Notes under the pieces: generated by a model
The model's database searches: none
Seen by the model: only the letters and a program-made list of their open reading frames with translations
Told to the model about the DNA's origin: nothing
Program-made: the position numbers and the translations under genes
Shown: in pieces, positions 11,971 to 25,401 of the stretch
Layout of the letters: each line of letters starts with the position of its first letter
Numbering within the stretch: position 1 is the first letter of the stretch
Assembly: GCA_004022145.1 (NCBI GenBank)
Contig: RCNU01000001.1
Length of the DNA: 64,000 bases
Reading direction: 5' to 3' (one strand)
DNA from: Paecilomyces variotii
Taxonomy: Eukaryota

Positions 11971-13042
11971 GTCTGGGATTGAGACTTTGTTGGTTTGTGT
12001 GGTCTGTATATAGATTGATGTTGGGACAATAATGGGAGCAACCCCTCGCGCGGTAAATTGCAAGATATATTTAAAGTTTGGTTGAAAAAATTGAGAGGAG
12101 AGGGGTGGATTGAGGATGACACAACGGGCAGTATTGAGAACAGGGAATTTGAGATGACTTCAAATAAGTAGAAAACAGTGATATTTCTGAAATGAACTTT
12201 TCGATAATAGCCTTGGCCTATCACCAGCACTGATAGGAACAGGAAAACGATCCCAAAAAACGACAGGCGGAAATGTGGGCGGTGAGTGGGGTGCTTATAT
12301 TTAGTAGTCTTTGCGCGTCCGGGGCCAGCTAAGTACTGTAGTCTACTTACTACTGGGTGACTATGCGATTCGTTTTATTTTCCCTGTTCTCGTTTAAGGA
12401 GTACTCAGTAGTATGGCACAAGTATGTACTGTACATGGAGGATGCCAGTCGGAATCAGCATGCTAGTTAAATGATTTACCGTAACGTTCGCAGACACTGA
12501 CCGATCTACCTCCCGTGGCTGTTCCAGAGGAACTGATCAAAGCCTACCCGTCTACGACAGTAATCCTGTCCATTTGGGACGAAGACAAGTGCATTTGAAC
12601 CGGTCACAACACTATCTGGAAGAGCTGGAAGCTGAAGGAAGCTCCACCTGGAGAATGATCTGTTTCTAATCCCCTTTGCTCCCTTCCTTTTAATATTCCT
12701 TCCGACATCCACGACGTCCAATACCTTTCAATCTCAGCAAATAAATCTTAGAGATACGAATGATAGTTACCAAAAGCCTCGTATTAATCTATAGCTTTCT
12801 ATCATATTCGATGACAAACAAGCCTTGGGTCAGTATAGTTATATGGTCGGATCCTGGATTCCACGTGGGGGCCATTTTGCCCCGAGCCGGTCAGCAGCAT
12901 CATCCGATATCACGCTGTCCCTTTACCAGACCACAGTACAACTTCACAGATATTCAGGGAGCTGGCGTCCTCTTCAGAACAGATTTGGAACATATAGTTG
13001 AAGCATTCCTGCACATCCACAATACAACCGCTAATCGCTCAA

Positions 13043-13531
13043 ATGGCATCTGGCGCCTTCTTCGACCCGCTCAAGCTCCTCCGTGTAGCTCCCCTCGTGA
13101 GCAGCACCGCCGCCGTCTGGTTCGCAGTCGATCAAGATCTCTTCCTATCCAACTTCCAACAACCACTACATGAAGACAAGGCGAACGCCATCCTTCCTAC
13201 CTATTGGAAAATCCTCCTTCCCAGGGCACTGTGGATTCTTGGCACCCTGCATACAGTGACTGTGGGTACATCTGTTGCCAATATCGTCCTGCAAGGCGAG
13301 AAGCTTCGCAGCCTGAATGCCACGCGATGGTACTGGAGTGGCGTTCTATTCTCCCTGGCGCACTTCACGTTCGTGCCGTTGGTGATGTACAAGATCAAAG
13401 ATATTGTTGAGGATAATAGCAAGGGCCACAGCACGAAGATTCTGGCTAAGTGGCTTCGTGTTCATCGCATCCGGTCCGTCTTGGTGGATTTTGTTGCTTT
13501 TGCGAGCTTTTTGGTGGCGGCTACAGTTTGA
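13043..13531 (+). CDS. Small integral membrane protein (DUF1772/anthrone-oxygenase-like fungal family)
   Basis: 162-aa ORF with about four hydrophobic segments, HFTFVP and KWLRVHRIRSVLVD motifs; family assignment is from memory. Confidence 0.65.
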   Translation: MASGAFFDPLKLLRVAPLVSSTAAVWFAVDQDLFLSNFQQPLHEDKANAILPTYWKILLPRALWILGTLHTVTVGTSVANIVLQGEKLRSLNATRWYWSGVLFSLAHFTFVPLVMYKIKDIVEDNSKGHSTKILAKWLRVHRIRSVLVDFVAFASFLVAATV

Positions 13532-14141
13532 AGAATTCAAGTGCTGTATGATAATCAGTTAATGCAATTGTCTATGCGTGCTTAAGTAGCTCTAGTAAGA
13601 GGGGTAGCATGGAGATTTCTCGTTCTATTCCAATATACAGTACCAGTAGTTTTTTGAGCTGTAGATCGCATCTCGAATCGGTTCATGGTCCGATTGGACA
13701 GGACATTGCGCGCTGCAATGTTCCGATAGTTCATTGTTTCACCTTTTAATATCGTGGATTTTGTCGGCCTGCTTATCAAGTACAGAGTGTAGGTAAGTAC
13801 CGCACTGAAAATCCTTTGTTTCAACACAGGAGCTTCACCATCATCTGATCAAATAAAGACGGAGCCTCCGGATGCCTACAGGCTGAAACTAGCATAGATA
13901 ATGAAGCCTTAGCTGGTGTTCTAACTAAAATGTCCCGCCAGCTTCCATGATCTTCAACAGACCCGCTTAAGCGGCCCCGTTTAATAATGTAGTCTTAGTT
14001 AAGTATCCGCTTCTTTCTCCAGACAAGCCCGGACGTGCGTGTGATATCACCATGTTTTCTCCAAAAAGCTCATGACAGGAAAACAAAGAAAACTCTCCTT
14101 CTCTATACACTAGATATATGTCTTTATTGAACACATAAGCC

Positions 14142-15324
14142 ATGGCACAATCGCGGAAGAGGCGTGCTGAATCCATGTCCACTGACTCTGGATCCGAAAC
14201 GACGGCCGATCTTCATAATGTCTTGTCTGATGAATCTAGCTTTTACGGTACGGTCCGCTCTCGTCCCATGGCTCTCATAGCACAGCTTGAAGCTCCTGCA
14301 GGCAAAAGCATAGACCAAAGATCTAAACATTGGACATGATATACTGACCAGCGAACGAATAGGCGATTCCGACGAAAAGGAACGTCTCGAAGACCTCGTC
14401 TCCGACTTCGACGTAGTTCATTACTGGGAAACGGTCCATCCACGATCTCTCGCTACTATCCAGTACCGAGCCCAGAAAGCCGCTGTTCGCGCTGCTGTAG
14501 ATGCGGAAGAGAAAACGAAAGCGAAAGCCACCTCCGAACAGCGCAACGCGGAATCACTCGCAGGCAAATTCGAACCCGATACTTCAGAACACTCACAGAC
14601 TGTTAGCACGAATCCAAGAAGGACTCGTCAACCGACGGAATCGGTCGAGGAATTTCTCTCGCGGCTTCCACCGTCTACCACTAAAGCGGCTGCTCCTGTG
14701 GGCCCTTGGATTTACATTTACAACCCTCGTGATAATCCGCATATTGGCTCTGTTTCGACTCTGGTGGCGCGCGGAACAGAGCTTCTTCGGAATTACGAGG
14801 ACAGGAAAGCAGCTCTTGAAGTGGAACATCATAAGACGACGACGTCGAAGACCAAGTCTTCTACTACGAAACCTAAATCGAACGCGGCTCTGGGGCGTAA
14901 ACTCGTTCCGCTGCGTCGGAGTCTCGAAGCGTCGCTTTTTGCTCTCGCGCGTGAGACGGGGGTTATATCAGGGAAATGGATGCTGTTCCCAACGGCGGAT
15001 TACGTCGATGAGGTCTGGGCTGCTGTCGCGCAGGCAACGGCAAATGATGAGCTGGGAGTCGCTGCGAAAGTCGCGACGGATAATGGATCCCAAGGAGGTA
15101 GGTTGGTGGCGATCTACACACGCGATTATGATGATAAGAAGGATGTGAAGCGCGTGTTGGAGAGGTTGGTCGAGTTAGGTCTGGTTGATAGAGGGTCGAC
15201 CCGGCCGATCTACTACAAGTGTGATGCGTATACGTATCTGGATATCAAGAGTACGAATCAGTACGGACTGAAAGCCAGTTTGTATTCGAGCAGGGAAGCT
15301 TTGGGATGGAAGGGTTTAAACTGA
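14142..15324 (+). CDS. DUF1917/BLES03 (C11orf68-like) protein, 2 exons
   Basis: FLSRLPPS, GPWIYI, SGKWMLF, AAKVAT, IYTRDY and IYYKCDAYTYLDI; intron 14248..14362. Confidence 0.85.
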
Positions 15325-15800
15325 TTGACCGAGCTACGATTTCTTGTGGATACTTTGGATTTGGAGTTATGTGGACGGATGGAAGACCATGCTGGATATG
15401 GTTCGATTATTTGGTCTCTGACCTGACTATTCTTCGAGATTGGTACTGATATAGTTCATGTCAGGACAATGGAGCCCTAGTTATTTGACAGACACGTGAA
15501 CGTGCTAGGTGGAAGACACGATCGCTATCCTAGAGCACTTCGATGTACCTGAGGAACTCTAGTGAATGGCTGATTTGGCGGAGACGATCTCTTGCAGCGA
15601 CGTGCGAAGCCTGCCGTCTGTTCATAGGACGAATTTTGGTCTGTCGTGTAGTGAGCCTCCTTGGGGTAGGACTCAGTAGCCATACCAAGTCCTCTAGTAA
15701 TGGAAGGTACTGTGGTCGACTCTTGCGCCGCACGAGCATCGATCGTGTCAAGTCGGATGGTTGGTGAACTGGTTATAAAAACCTCTAGGAGTCCGCCTAT

Positions 15801-16718
15801 TCAATCCTTGCTCTCCTTCTCTTTCTCCCCTTCTTTCTCTTCTTCTTGCTTCTGCTGTGGCTGCTCTTTCATGATCTCCTCGCAGGCAGATCTAACTTCT
15901 GCAACCCCCTTTACTCCTTCCCACTTCTTCAGCAGCGCCTCAATCTCGCTCCAATCCTTCTCCGCGTCCTCCCTCCTCCCTTCTGCAAGAAAGGCCTTCA
16001 ATCTCTCCGGCGTACCCAAAACCCACTTTACTGTCTCCTGCTGATCTCGCTTGCCATCATCCTCCCGAGCGGCCGCTACCCTCCTTCTCTGTTCCTCCCC
16101 CTCCCTGATAAGCCCACTGGCCGTCTCCGCAACAAATGCCACAGCCGGCCCAAGCGTCTTCGTCATAGTCAACGGAGCTCCACGCTCTTCCATGCTCTTT
16201 CGCATTGCCCCGATGGTCTCAACAGCTCGAATAAGTTTAGAGTAATTATCGTACACGAGCGCCTTGCGCTCGCCATCTAGCGTCTTGATGTCCCCGACGA
16301 GGGAATTCTCTGCCTTGAGCACCGTCGAAAGTGACGATGTCGCAAGGAGCTGGTCAATGTATTTCTGCGCATCGAAATTCGGGTTATCGAGCTCCGTGTT
16401 CGGCGTCACCGACGCGGTGTTTGAAATGTCGCCCGCATCGGTGGTTCGGGGGATGCTGCGCGAGCGAAAACCCCCGGGGCCTGCGGCATCTGGTCCAGGA
16501 GGTTTAAGATTATAATAGTCACGGAGCGCGGCGCGATTCCGGCGCTGAGGAGCGGATGGAGAAACTCCACGAGCGGTGGAGGATGTGGAATTCGTGCTGA
16601 GGTAGCCGCCTAGGCTGGCATTGGGGATCTCGACGGACGGACGGCGCGAGGATGACGGCGTGGGCGAGTGTGCGCGAGATGAGGCAATAGATGGACGCGG
16701 AGATGATATCGTCGACAT
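15801..16718 (-). CDS. VPS51: GARP complex subunit Vps51 (Vps51/Vps67 domain)
   Basis: ALRDYYNL and LDGERKALVYDNYSKLI are characteristic Vps51 motifs. Confidence 0.9.
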   Translation of the reverse strand: MSTISSPRPSIASSRAHSPTPSSSRRPSVEIPNASLGGYLSTNSTSSTARGVSPSAPQRRNRAALRDYYNLKPPGPDAAGPGGFRSRSIPRTTDAGDISNTASVTPNTELDNPNFDAQKYIDQLLATSSLSTVLKAENSLVGDIKTLDGERKALVYDNYSKLIRAVETIGAMRKSMEERGAPLTMTKTLGPAVAFVAETASGLIREGEEQRRRVAAAREDDGKRDQQETVKWVLGTPERLKAFLAEGRREDAEKDWSEIEALLKKWEGVKGVAEVRSACEEIMKEQPQQKQEEEKEGEKEKESKD

Positions 16719-17047
16719 GCTGAATGGACACAAGGAGAATCAAAAGCGCAGAGGGAAGTGAAGAAGAAGTGAGGAGTTGACACTGACGAGTCGACGTCGC
16801 AGCTGGCGGTTAAGCTGTGGTCTGTGCTTTCCCCGGATTTCAGGCACGTCTTTTTGCAATCTGCGACATCTTTGTCAAGCAAGTATCTTCCTCTAGCTGA
16901 GAGTCTAGGGAGGGATTCTCTGTATGACCGTTTCTATATTTTAGTACTTCCCAGCATATACCATGTCTTGATGTGCTACAAACAAATCAATTCTACTCGA
17001 ACACGCCACTTACGAACACAACCCCCTCCATCGCCCAATCCCACACC

Positions 17048-17857
17048 ATGTCGATCAACCAAGCTCACTCGCACATCCTCACGCACCTCCAAAACACCAA
17101 ATCCCTCACCGTCTCCGAACGGTGGCTCAGCCAATTCCTCACCTCCGTGAACGCCTCACAGCGCACAATCCCTCTTTCCGCACTGACTCAAACCGCGCTC
17201 TTCCGCATCCTCGCGTCCGATTTCACCGAGTCACTCTCGAGATCAGACTCCTCCGCCCTCCTCCCTGCCGACATATCCGATCCAGCCGTCCAAGAACGTC
17301 GGATCTTGGGTCCCGTACCGGTACAAGTCCTAGATATAGACGATATCGGCTCTAGTCTCTGGAGCCAAGTCGAGGCCATCGAGCGCGTCGAGCGGGGAGA
17401 AGCTATTCGCGGCCGAGAGATCATCCGAACTGTCAACGTGGATGATACGCCCACAGAGGAGCATGATCGATCCACCACGAACGGGAGCTCGAACGCGAAT
17501 GGAGCAAATGCAACGGTTAATCGCACCACTGCTGATCCGGGCTCAAACACTGCGGGAAACGGACCTCATCGTCTCGTATTGCAGGATGCGGCAGGGACGA
17601 ATGTTACTGCCATCGAATTGAAAGCAATTGATGGTATTGGTATTGGGAAATTGCCTATTGGGGCGAAGATGGTGCTGAAGAATGCGACTGTTGCGAGAGG
17701 GATGGTTCTTTTGGAGCCTGAGTGCGTGACTTTGCTTGGAGGGAAGGTTGAAGCGGCCGATAAGGCTTGGAAAGAGGGTTTAAAGGGAAGGTTAGTGGCG
17801 CGCCTTGAGGAGATGCAGGTGGAGGGTCAGAATGGTGATGATAGGATGGAAGAATAA
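17048..17857 (+). CDS. RMI1: RecQ-mediated genome instability protein 1 (N-terminal helical domain plus OB fold)
   Basis: LFRILASDF, VQVLDIDDIG, HRLVLQD, IGAKMVL and RGMVLLEP...LLGGKV. Confidence 0.88.
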   Translation: MSINQAHSHILTHLQNTKSLTVSERWLSQFLTSVNASQRTIPLSALTQTALFRILASDFTESLSRSDSSALLPADISDPAVQERRILGPVPVQVLDIDDIGSSLWSQVEAIERVERGEAIRGREIIRTVNVDDTPTEEHDRSTTNGSSNANGANATVNRTTADPGSNTAGNGPHRLVLQDAAGTNVTAIELKAIDGIGIGKLPIGAKMVLKNATVARGMVLLEPECVTLLGGKVEAADKAWKEGLKGRLVARLEEMQVEGQNGDDRMEE

Positions 17858-18080
17858 ATGGAGTAAACTTTTACGGCGTATGTGAGATGGATTTATGATA
17901 CCCAGGTTTTATATCGCGAAAATCGCATTTGAGATTACGAGTTAATACATATATCTAGTTATAGAGGGAAACGACGATTATAAAATAGAATATTATGATT
18001 TTTATGTTACTCTATTTTGGTATTCTTATAGTACATACATTGTCTACGGTCATGATCACATACACCTCATTGAACCGTAA

Positions 18081-21000
18081 CTACGCAGAACCAGAGAGAG
18101 CATGTCCAAGCTCGTCCCACCCATCCTTTCTCCATGGCGCCACCATGATTGATCTGAACGAGTCTCCAACGCGACCCGTCCTTGCATATGCCAGACTAAG
18201 ATCTGCAGCTTCCAATTTGCCTCTAGGGGGGATATTCTGCAGAGCCGTCTTCACGGCCATCTCTGCGGGATACAGTTCTCCTGAAGCAGCTCCGAGTTGT
18301 ATCCAGCCCTCAGGTTGACCGGGAGTCAACATCACTGATGATGTAGCCTCTCCGATCTGCCTCATCTCCTCTGACAAGTTTGGATCACCTGTGAGTCCCA
18401 ATGCTGACATAACAGTCAACAGTTTGACGACTTTTGCACGTTCGTGGATCCCGACATCATCCCTTGTCCTCATGCTTTGCAGGTCAGCTTCGACGGCGTC
18501 GATCGCATCATCATCAGCATCAAGCAGAGCAATGACGCCAAGTAGCGTGGTGGCTCCAACATGGTCCGGATGAGATTCGATACAATCAAACAGTTGCTCG
18601 CGCGCCACGTTCTTTTCCTCTTCGCCACCCTTGGCCCAGAGGACCTGCGCAAGGAGACACACAACCTCCGGTGAATTATCTGCCTCTTTCAACGCATCGC
18701 GGAACATATCAATTGCCTGATCCATGGATTTCAGGTAGTAGTGCGCCAGTCCCGCCGTCAAGTGTGCAGACAGTCTCAACTTGCGGGTACCCTCGGGATC
18801 TAGCTTCTGGGCGTCCTCGTCGTCGGACAGGTTCAGCGCGGTATCGGCCTTCTCCACTGCCTCTTCAAGTTCGTAACGGGCGAGATGTGTACGAGCAGCA
18901 TCTGCATTAGCTTGCGCGAAACGCAACTGTGCAGATACTGACTCAGTCTCTTCATATTCAGCTTCGACGCCCGAGCACACAGCTTGAAGATTAGTCTCGG
19001 CTACCGAATACTCGCCAATGCGCTCGGCTACAAGTGCGCCGAGGTGCTCGAAAGCTAGATCAGTGGGAACCTGGCAGTGAAGTTGATGAAGCGCGAAGAA
19101 TGGCTGGATAAGCTCCGATATCTCATTTGACAAAGATGTGTCTGTGAGAAGATGGTCGAACAGACTAAGGGTATATTGACGCTTGGCCAGGACGGAGGAG
19201 GCCGGGGAGATTTCAAAGGCATGTTCGAACAATCCTCTAGCTTCTCTTGGATCGCCAAACAGAAGGGCAAGAAATCCTTGGCCAATCCATGCGTGCGCAT
19301 AATCCGGATCAGCCGATTGTGCGCGGGTGAAAGCCTCGTTTGCAAGCTGCACGTCGTTGTGCAGGAGATAGAATGCGCCTAGGTTCGTCCATACTTGGGC
19401 GCTCTTGTCGTCCAGATGGAGACTTCTAACAAATGAGTGCTGGGCAACCTTTGGGCTCAAATTCGTTGTCACCACGCCCAAAGAGTTCCAGAACTCTGAG
19501 TTTCCAGCTTCCAATTCTATGGCCCTCTTAAAGCAACGAATAGCTGCCTTCAAAAACCTTCGTGGAACCTTCTTTCCTCTCTTACTTGGGCCGGAGGACA
19601 GGCATTTATATGCTCGATACTCCGCCCATCCCAGATTGTACCAGCCCACCGCTTGAGCATGGACATCGTCGGCAGAGACTGAAACTGCTCGCTTGTAGGC
19701 GAGTATTGTTGCGTATAGGCATGCATTTGACTGTGCGGAGGCGCCGTCTTCTTCGAAACCGAAAACTGACGAATAATCTCCGCCAAGCTCGTCTATGTCA
19801 GAAAGAATGTCGAAAGCTGTCTCGTCCAGATTGATTGCTAGCAGGGCCGTTACGTCATGGAAGGACAAAAGGGAGGCCTTTAACTTCACATATGAGAAGA
19901 TAGCGCAGGCATCTCCGACCGATTTCCATAAATTGAAGACAGCGGGCCTCTCGTTGGCAATTGATGTAGCAACCCCGATAGCCTTGCATGCAAGCTCAGC
20001 AGCCTCATGAAAAAGGGCAGAGTCCACACACGCCCAAGAGCTTTCAGTAAGGGTCTGTAGGAGCGCTATCGACACCCCAAATTCATTTGGCCGTATCTTA
20101 AGCACTTCTTCATATCTCGTAATCGCTTCTTCATATTGGCCAAGTTCGCGTTTCACATTGGCCAACATATACCGAGCAAACCAGATGTTTTCCTTGTCAG
20201 ACTCTGAGAGCTTGTCTTCGAGCGTCTGAGCGTGCTCGAAGGCCTTTGTGGACGCTATATACCGACCCGAATTGTGGTAACTCTCTCCGAGGCCCACCCA
20301 GGAATGGTAATCCTGAGGAGATATCCTCAGCGAAGCTTGGAAAGAGACGATACTCTTGGAATACTGTTGCTTGTTAATCTGTACTGTTCCAAGTGCTGCA
20401 TACGGCCAGCTATAGCCTTTCCTCTTCGATCCCGGTGCGGGTTTTGCCTTTCCAGAATCGACGACACGCTGTGCTACAGCCTCAACGAGATCCCACTCCT
20501 TCTGGTCCGCAAAAGCTCTCGCCAGCCGTTCGGCAGCCTCGACTTCCGATGATGACAATTCGAATGCTTTGTGAAAGCAGCGTCGCGCTCGGTTTTTGTC
20601 TCTCTTGTAGTCTGCATAGAAAATGCCGAGGCTTGTGTAGGCCGGTGCGTAGTTCATGTTTGCCTGTATGGATGCTAGAAAGCTAGCGTATGCTCCATTT
20701 CGATCTTTCCGTGCAGAAGGTGATGGGTCCAACTCCCATTTGCAGTAGCCGATCCGATACAGGATCTCGGCCTTGAAATCTCGATTCTGCTCCTTGGAGC
20801 TCTGAATCTCTGCCAAGACATCCTCGAGCCCCTGTAACCCGACCTCCAATTCTCCATTAAGTGCCCTGCACCACGATAGCTCACCTTTGATTTTGATATT
20901 GGCCGTATCTCGTTGTAAAGCTCGTTCCAGGAAATCAACAGCTTCGGCAAAGTCTTCGTCGACTTCGAGGATCAACCCAATGCCCAGAAGACAACTTGTC

Positions 21001-22502
21001 GATGTCGGCTTCCTTTTTAAGATGCCTTCGAAGATCTGCTTGGCTTCCGGATGATTCCTAGGCGACTGGTAGGAGATCAAAGCGTTCGCTAGTGTGATGT
21101 TGACCGCATCGGTCGTATTCGGAAGACCCAATCCAGTCAGTTTGACCACATCATTAATATTCCTTAATCCCTTCCGCGCAACATCTACAGCGCTTTGATA
21201 TTCCTCCAAAGTCAGATAGAGTTCGCTCACAATCCGATGGGCGATAATGGAGGTTGAAGCGAGATCAAGTCCTTCAGCCATGAGGATGAGGCGATCCTGT
21301 GCAGCAATTTCACCACTTGTTTCCCCGTTTATCTCTCCGTTGATTTCTCCATTGGCTTCTGCGATTTTCTCTTGTGTCTCCTTGTCATTAGCAACGGTTT
21401 CCTTGGGAAAAGGAGAGATGTCGCTTGTGAGGAAGCCCTGTAAAACTTTGCTGAGCCCGTCCTCGGGGAAGAACTCGATGTACTCCTTTAGCAAGCCAAG
21501 ATCCCAGGCTGAGAAGTCCTCGACATCTTGCCATTCAAGTACAATCTTCCAGGCAAGATCAAAAGGGTGCTTGATAATAACCATATCCTGAGCCATCTTC
21601 AATACTTCCTCTCGCTTTCCTTGTTTTTTGTCCGCCGGCAGAACGGTAAGGAAATCATAGGCACGTTGCAGAAGCTTCTCCTCATACCTGCGGCGGACCT
21701 CATCATCGTTTGACCAGTCAATAATACCCCTGTAGAGCTGATCGAGCTCATTCCGTTGGAAGGCTTCATGCTTGACTTCTTGCGTCACCTGGTCAATACG
21801 TGCGCCTAGCCGTGTCCGTCTCTCGCCGATTTCTCGGTTAATGAACTCTTTCTCCTCTGACTCTGCGATTTCTATGAGACGGAGATAAGTCTGTGAAGGA
21901 TGCGGTAGCCTGCCCTCCAAGAGATCGTAAAGGCTGCTGGTGGGGAGTTGAAGCTCCAGCGCCTGCTTGTGTTGGGAACGAGTCCCCTTCTTCCTTGCCA
22001 GCGTGGTATATTTATCGACTACCTCTTGACATCGGTCACGATCACCACTAGAAACGATAGTATCTATCAGCAATGTTCAGACGGTGGGGGGAAGGATGGC
22101 CAAAGCGGGGTAGGGATACTGCGTACGCATCGGCATAGATCTGAGCAAGCTTCACAGTCGCCTCGCGGTATGCATCTAGCTTGTGGCTTCCTTGTTTCTC
22201 GTATAGGTTCACGAGGCCCTGCCATGCGGTCTTGTCGCTGTCTTTCAGTTTCGTCGCTGCGCGGTAGGCTTTCTCTGCTTCGTCATTCTTGTTCAGTTTA
22301 TCATAGGCGAGGCCGAGAAAAACATGTCTAGCCAGCAATTGCAGTTAGTATATACGCGCGCCATCATCATATCATGCCTCACATACGCATGGTAGTTCTG
22401 TGGTTCTTGCTGGACAAGCTCACTCGCTTTCTGGGCCGCAAGCTCAAAGTCTTTCGAATCCAGCGCAGTCCTGACTGCTTTGAGCGCTGCCTTGCCAGAC
22501 AT
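18081..22502 (-). CDS. SKI3: Superkiller complex TPR subunit Ski3, 3 exons
   Basis: Long TPR protein of over 1400 aa beginning MSGKAALKAV; QNYHA/AWQGL, RCFHKAFEL and AQHSFVRSL; two short 5' introns. Confidence 0.93.
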
Positions 22503-22947
22503 TCTAAATACGCCAGTTATTGCCGGTTCAAGATGACAGTCATGGCCTGCGTCTGGCACAGTTTCGTTGGCTCTGGCGTGCAGAGAATTGCAGCGTGTAT
22601 CCTGTGCAGGGCGAATTCGTGGTCTGTGGAGAACTTACTAGCGATACGTCAGAGCGGGCGGTGTCTCTTATCGTATCAGTCGGAGCCGGATCTCACGATC
22701 CATCTACTTCGTCTCCTGAATGTGGATTATGCTTGCGGCCATGAATGTGCTCTCGTATTCATCGCTCTAGTTCCTATTCATATATCTGATTCTGCCGCCT
22801 CGTATCAAGTAGTCACCGCTGGTCAGGTGCTACATACCGCTGTGCTCTCGGGCGCTCAAGGTCTCCGCCCTTTCGGAACCAGCTCCAAGTACTATCTCGG
22901 CCGACGAACTCCCCTGGTTCAACAATTTCTTTTAACCAATCGTCCTG

Positions 22948-25401
22948 ATGACTGGTTTACGACTGAAGATAGACGGACACAGGTTCCGCGACTCTCAGAA
23001 CCGTGAGATCACCCTGCGAGGCATCAATGTCGCTGGAGATGCCAAATACCCAAAGCATCCTGAGATCCCCTCCTACGTCTCCCAGGACTTCTTCGATGCA
23101 GATAACGTTTCCTTCGTCGGTCGTCCGTTTTCTCTAGAGGATGCACACCATCACTTTAGCAAATTGCGAAAATGGGGATACAATACCATTCGATACATAT
23201 TCACTTGGGAGGCAATCGAACATGCCGGTCCAGGAATATACGATGACGAGTGGATCAGCTTCACGATCGAAGTTCTTCGCATAGCGAAGCGCTATGGATT
23301 CTACGTATTCATGGATCCTCATCAGGATGTGGTAGGTTTGATTATAGTTGCCTGCAGTATTGCAGACAGCACTGCTGACGCTTGAAAGTGGTCCAGATTG
23401 TCCGGGGGCTCCGGAGCCCCCATGTGGACATTGTATGCAGCTGGTCTGAATCCCCAAGCCTTCAATAAGACGCAAGCCGCTCTCGTACAAAACACATGGG
23501 ATAATCCTGCAGAGTTCCCAAAGATGATATGGAGTACAAATTACACACGCTTAGCGTGCCAGACAATATTCACACTATTTTGGGCCGGAAGAGACTTCGC
23601 CCCTAAAGCAATTATAGACGGACAGAATATCCAGGACTATCTCCAGGGTCACTTCATTGCATCGTGCAAGCGTCTTGCAGAGAAGATCCACGAGGCTGGT
23701 GATCTCGAAAGCGAAGTTGTAATTGGATGGGAAAGCATGAACGAGCCACACAGGGGACTCATCGGTGTGCAAGACATATCCATTGTACCCCCCGACCAGC
23801 AACTCCAGCTTGGCACATCGCCCACACCATTCCAAGCTATTCTCACTGGCTCCGGGAGAGCCTGTGAGGAGACTACTTGGGCCTTTGGTAGCTTCGGACC
23901 TCACCAGACTGGTCGGGAACTAGTCGACCCGGAAGGGGAGTCTGTCTGGTTGCCTGCTGACTACGACGACAGCTTCTACGGCTGGAAGAGAGATCCTTCT
24001 TGGAGATTGGGAGAATGCCTGTGGGCTCAACACGGCGTGTGGGATCCTACCACTGATAAATTACTCAGGGCGGACTACTTCGGTAAACATCCTAAGACTG
24101 GTGAAGAGCTGAACTATGACAAGTTCACAAACACCTACTTCATGGACCACTACAGAGCTTATCGAGATGCTATTAGAAGCGTCTGGCCTGAAGCGATCAT
24201 GTTCTGCCAGCCTCCGGTCATGGAGATCCCCCCTAACGTGAAGGGAACAGCGGACGATGACCCCAACATGGTCCATGCAGTCCATTACTACGATGGCCTG
24301 ACTCTCTTAACTAAACACTGGTTCGTCTCTGGATGTCGTCTTCTCACTCCGCTAGACTATTCACTGACTGGTCCAGGAACCGATTCTACAACGTGGATGT
24401 TATTGGCGTCCTTCGGGGGAAGTATCTGACTCCTGCTTTTGCAGTCAAGATTGGGGAGACCGCTATCAGGAACTGTTTGCGAGACCAGCTCAAATTCCTT
24501 CGAGATGAAAGCTTCGACTACATGGGTGAACATCCGCTCGTTTTCACCGAAATCGGAATCCCTTATGACATGGATGATAAATATGCATATAAAACAGGAG
24601 ATTATACCAGCCAGACAAGTGCGATGGATGCAAATCATTTCGCGTTGGAGGGTAGCCAGTCTAACGGGTTTACATTGTGGCTATACATGACACAGGTATC
24701 ATCAGCGACTCGATTCTTGAATGATGAAGTATTACTGACCGCCGTTATAGAATAATCATCAATGGGGCGATCACTGGAACGGGGAAGACCTGTCTATCTT
24801 CTCTCATGACGATCTCGAGCTTCCCGTTCCACAAATATCTCATCGCAGGAACGAATCCACAACTTCCATCGACAGAAGTTCTCCGGCTTATTCCCAAAGT
24901 CAAAGTAACAATGACACTCAGTCGGTGACACCCAAAAATCTTCGTCGGGCTTTGACTTCTCAGTCGATGACTTCCAACCGCTCTCAGACCTCTCCAGAGG
25001 ACAAACCAGGTTTCCGCGCTGCAGAAGCCTATATACGTCCAAGCCCCATTTTCACTCATGGTACTCTATCCGCCCATGGTTTTGACCTCCGCAATTGTAC
25101 CTTTACTCTCTCCCTTGTGGCTGAATCTGCCACGGCAGAACATGCACCAACAGAGATATATCTCCCTGAGTTCCATTTCCCCGCTACAGACACGACTGTC
25201 ACTGTAAGCGGTGGCAAGTGGTCCATCGATAGCCAAGAAATTGAGACTGTGGTTATACAGAGACTCAGATGGTGGCACGGTGAAGGGGAACAGGACATAA
25301 AAATCCAAGGTGTCAAGCGGAAAGCTGGTGAGGCCATAAGTAACGCTGATGAGGAAGGATATTTGGAACAATGCCAGAAGAGTACATGTACCGTGATGTG
25401 A
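22948..25401 (+). CDS. Glycoside hydrolase family 5, endoglycoceramidase-related (EGCrP2/Egh1 sterylglucosidase-like), 4 exons
   Basis: LRGINV, FTWEAIEH, MDPHQDVWSR, acid/base MNEP, nucleophile FTEIG and WNGEDLS; C-terminal GH5_C-like beta domain. Confidence 0.9.

Noticed and set aside
17995-22331. Numerous antisense ORFs overlapping SKI3 (also seen over VID27, MSN5 and ALDH)
   Set aside because: Shadow ORFs of genuine coding regions with no independent evidence.
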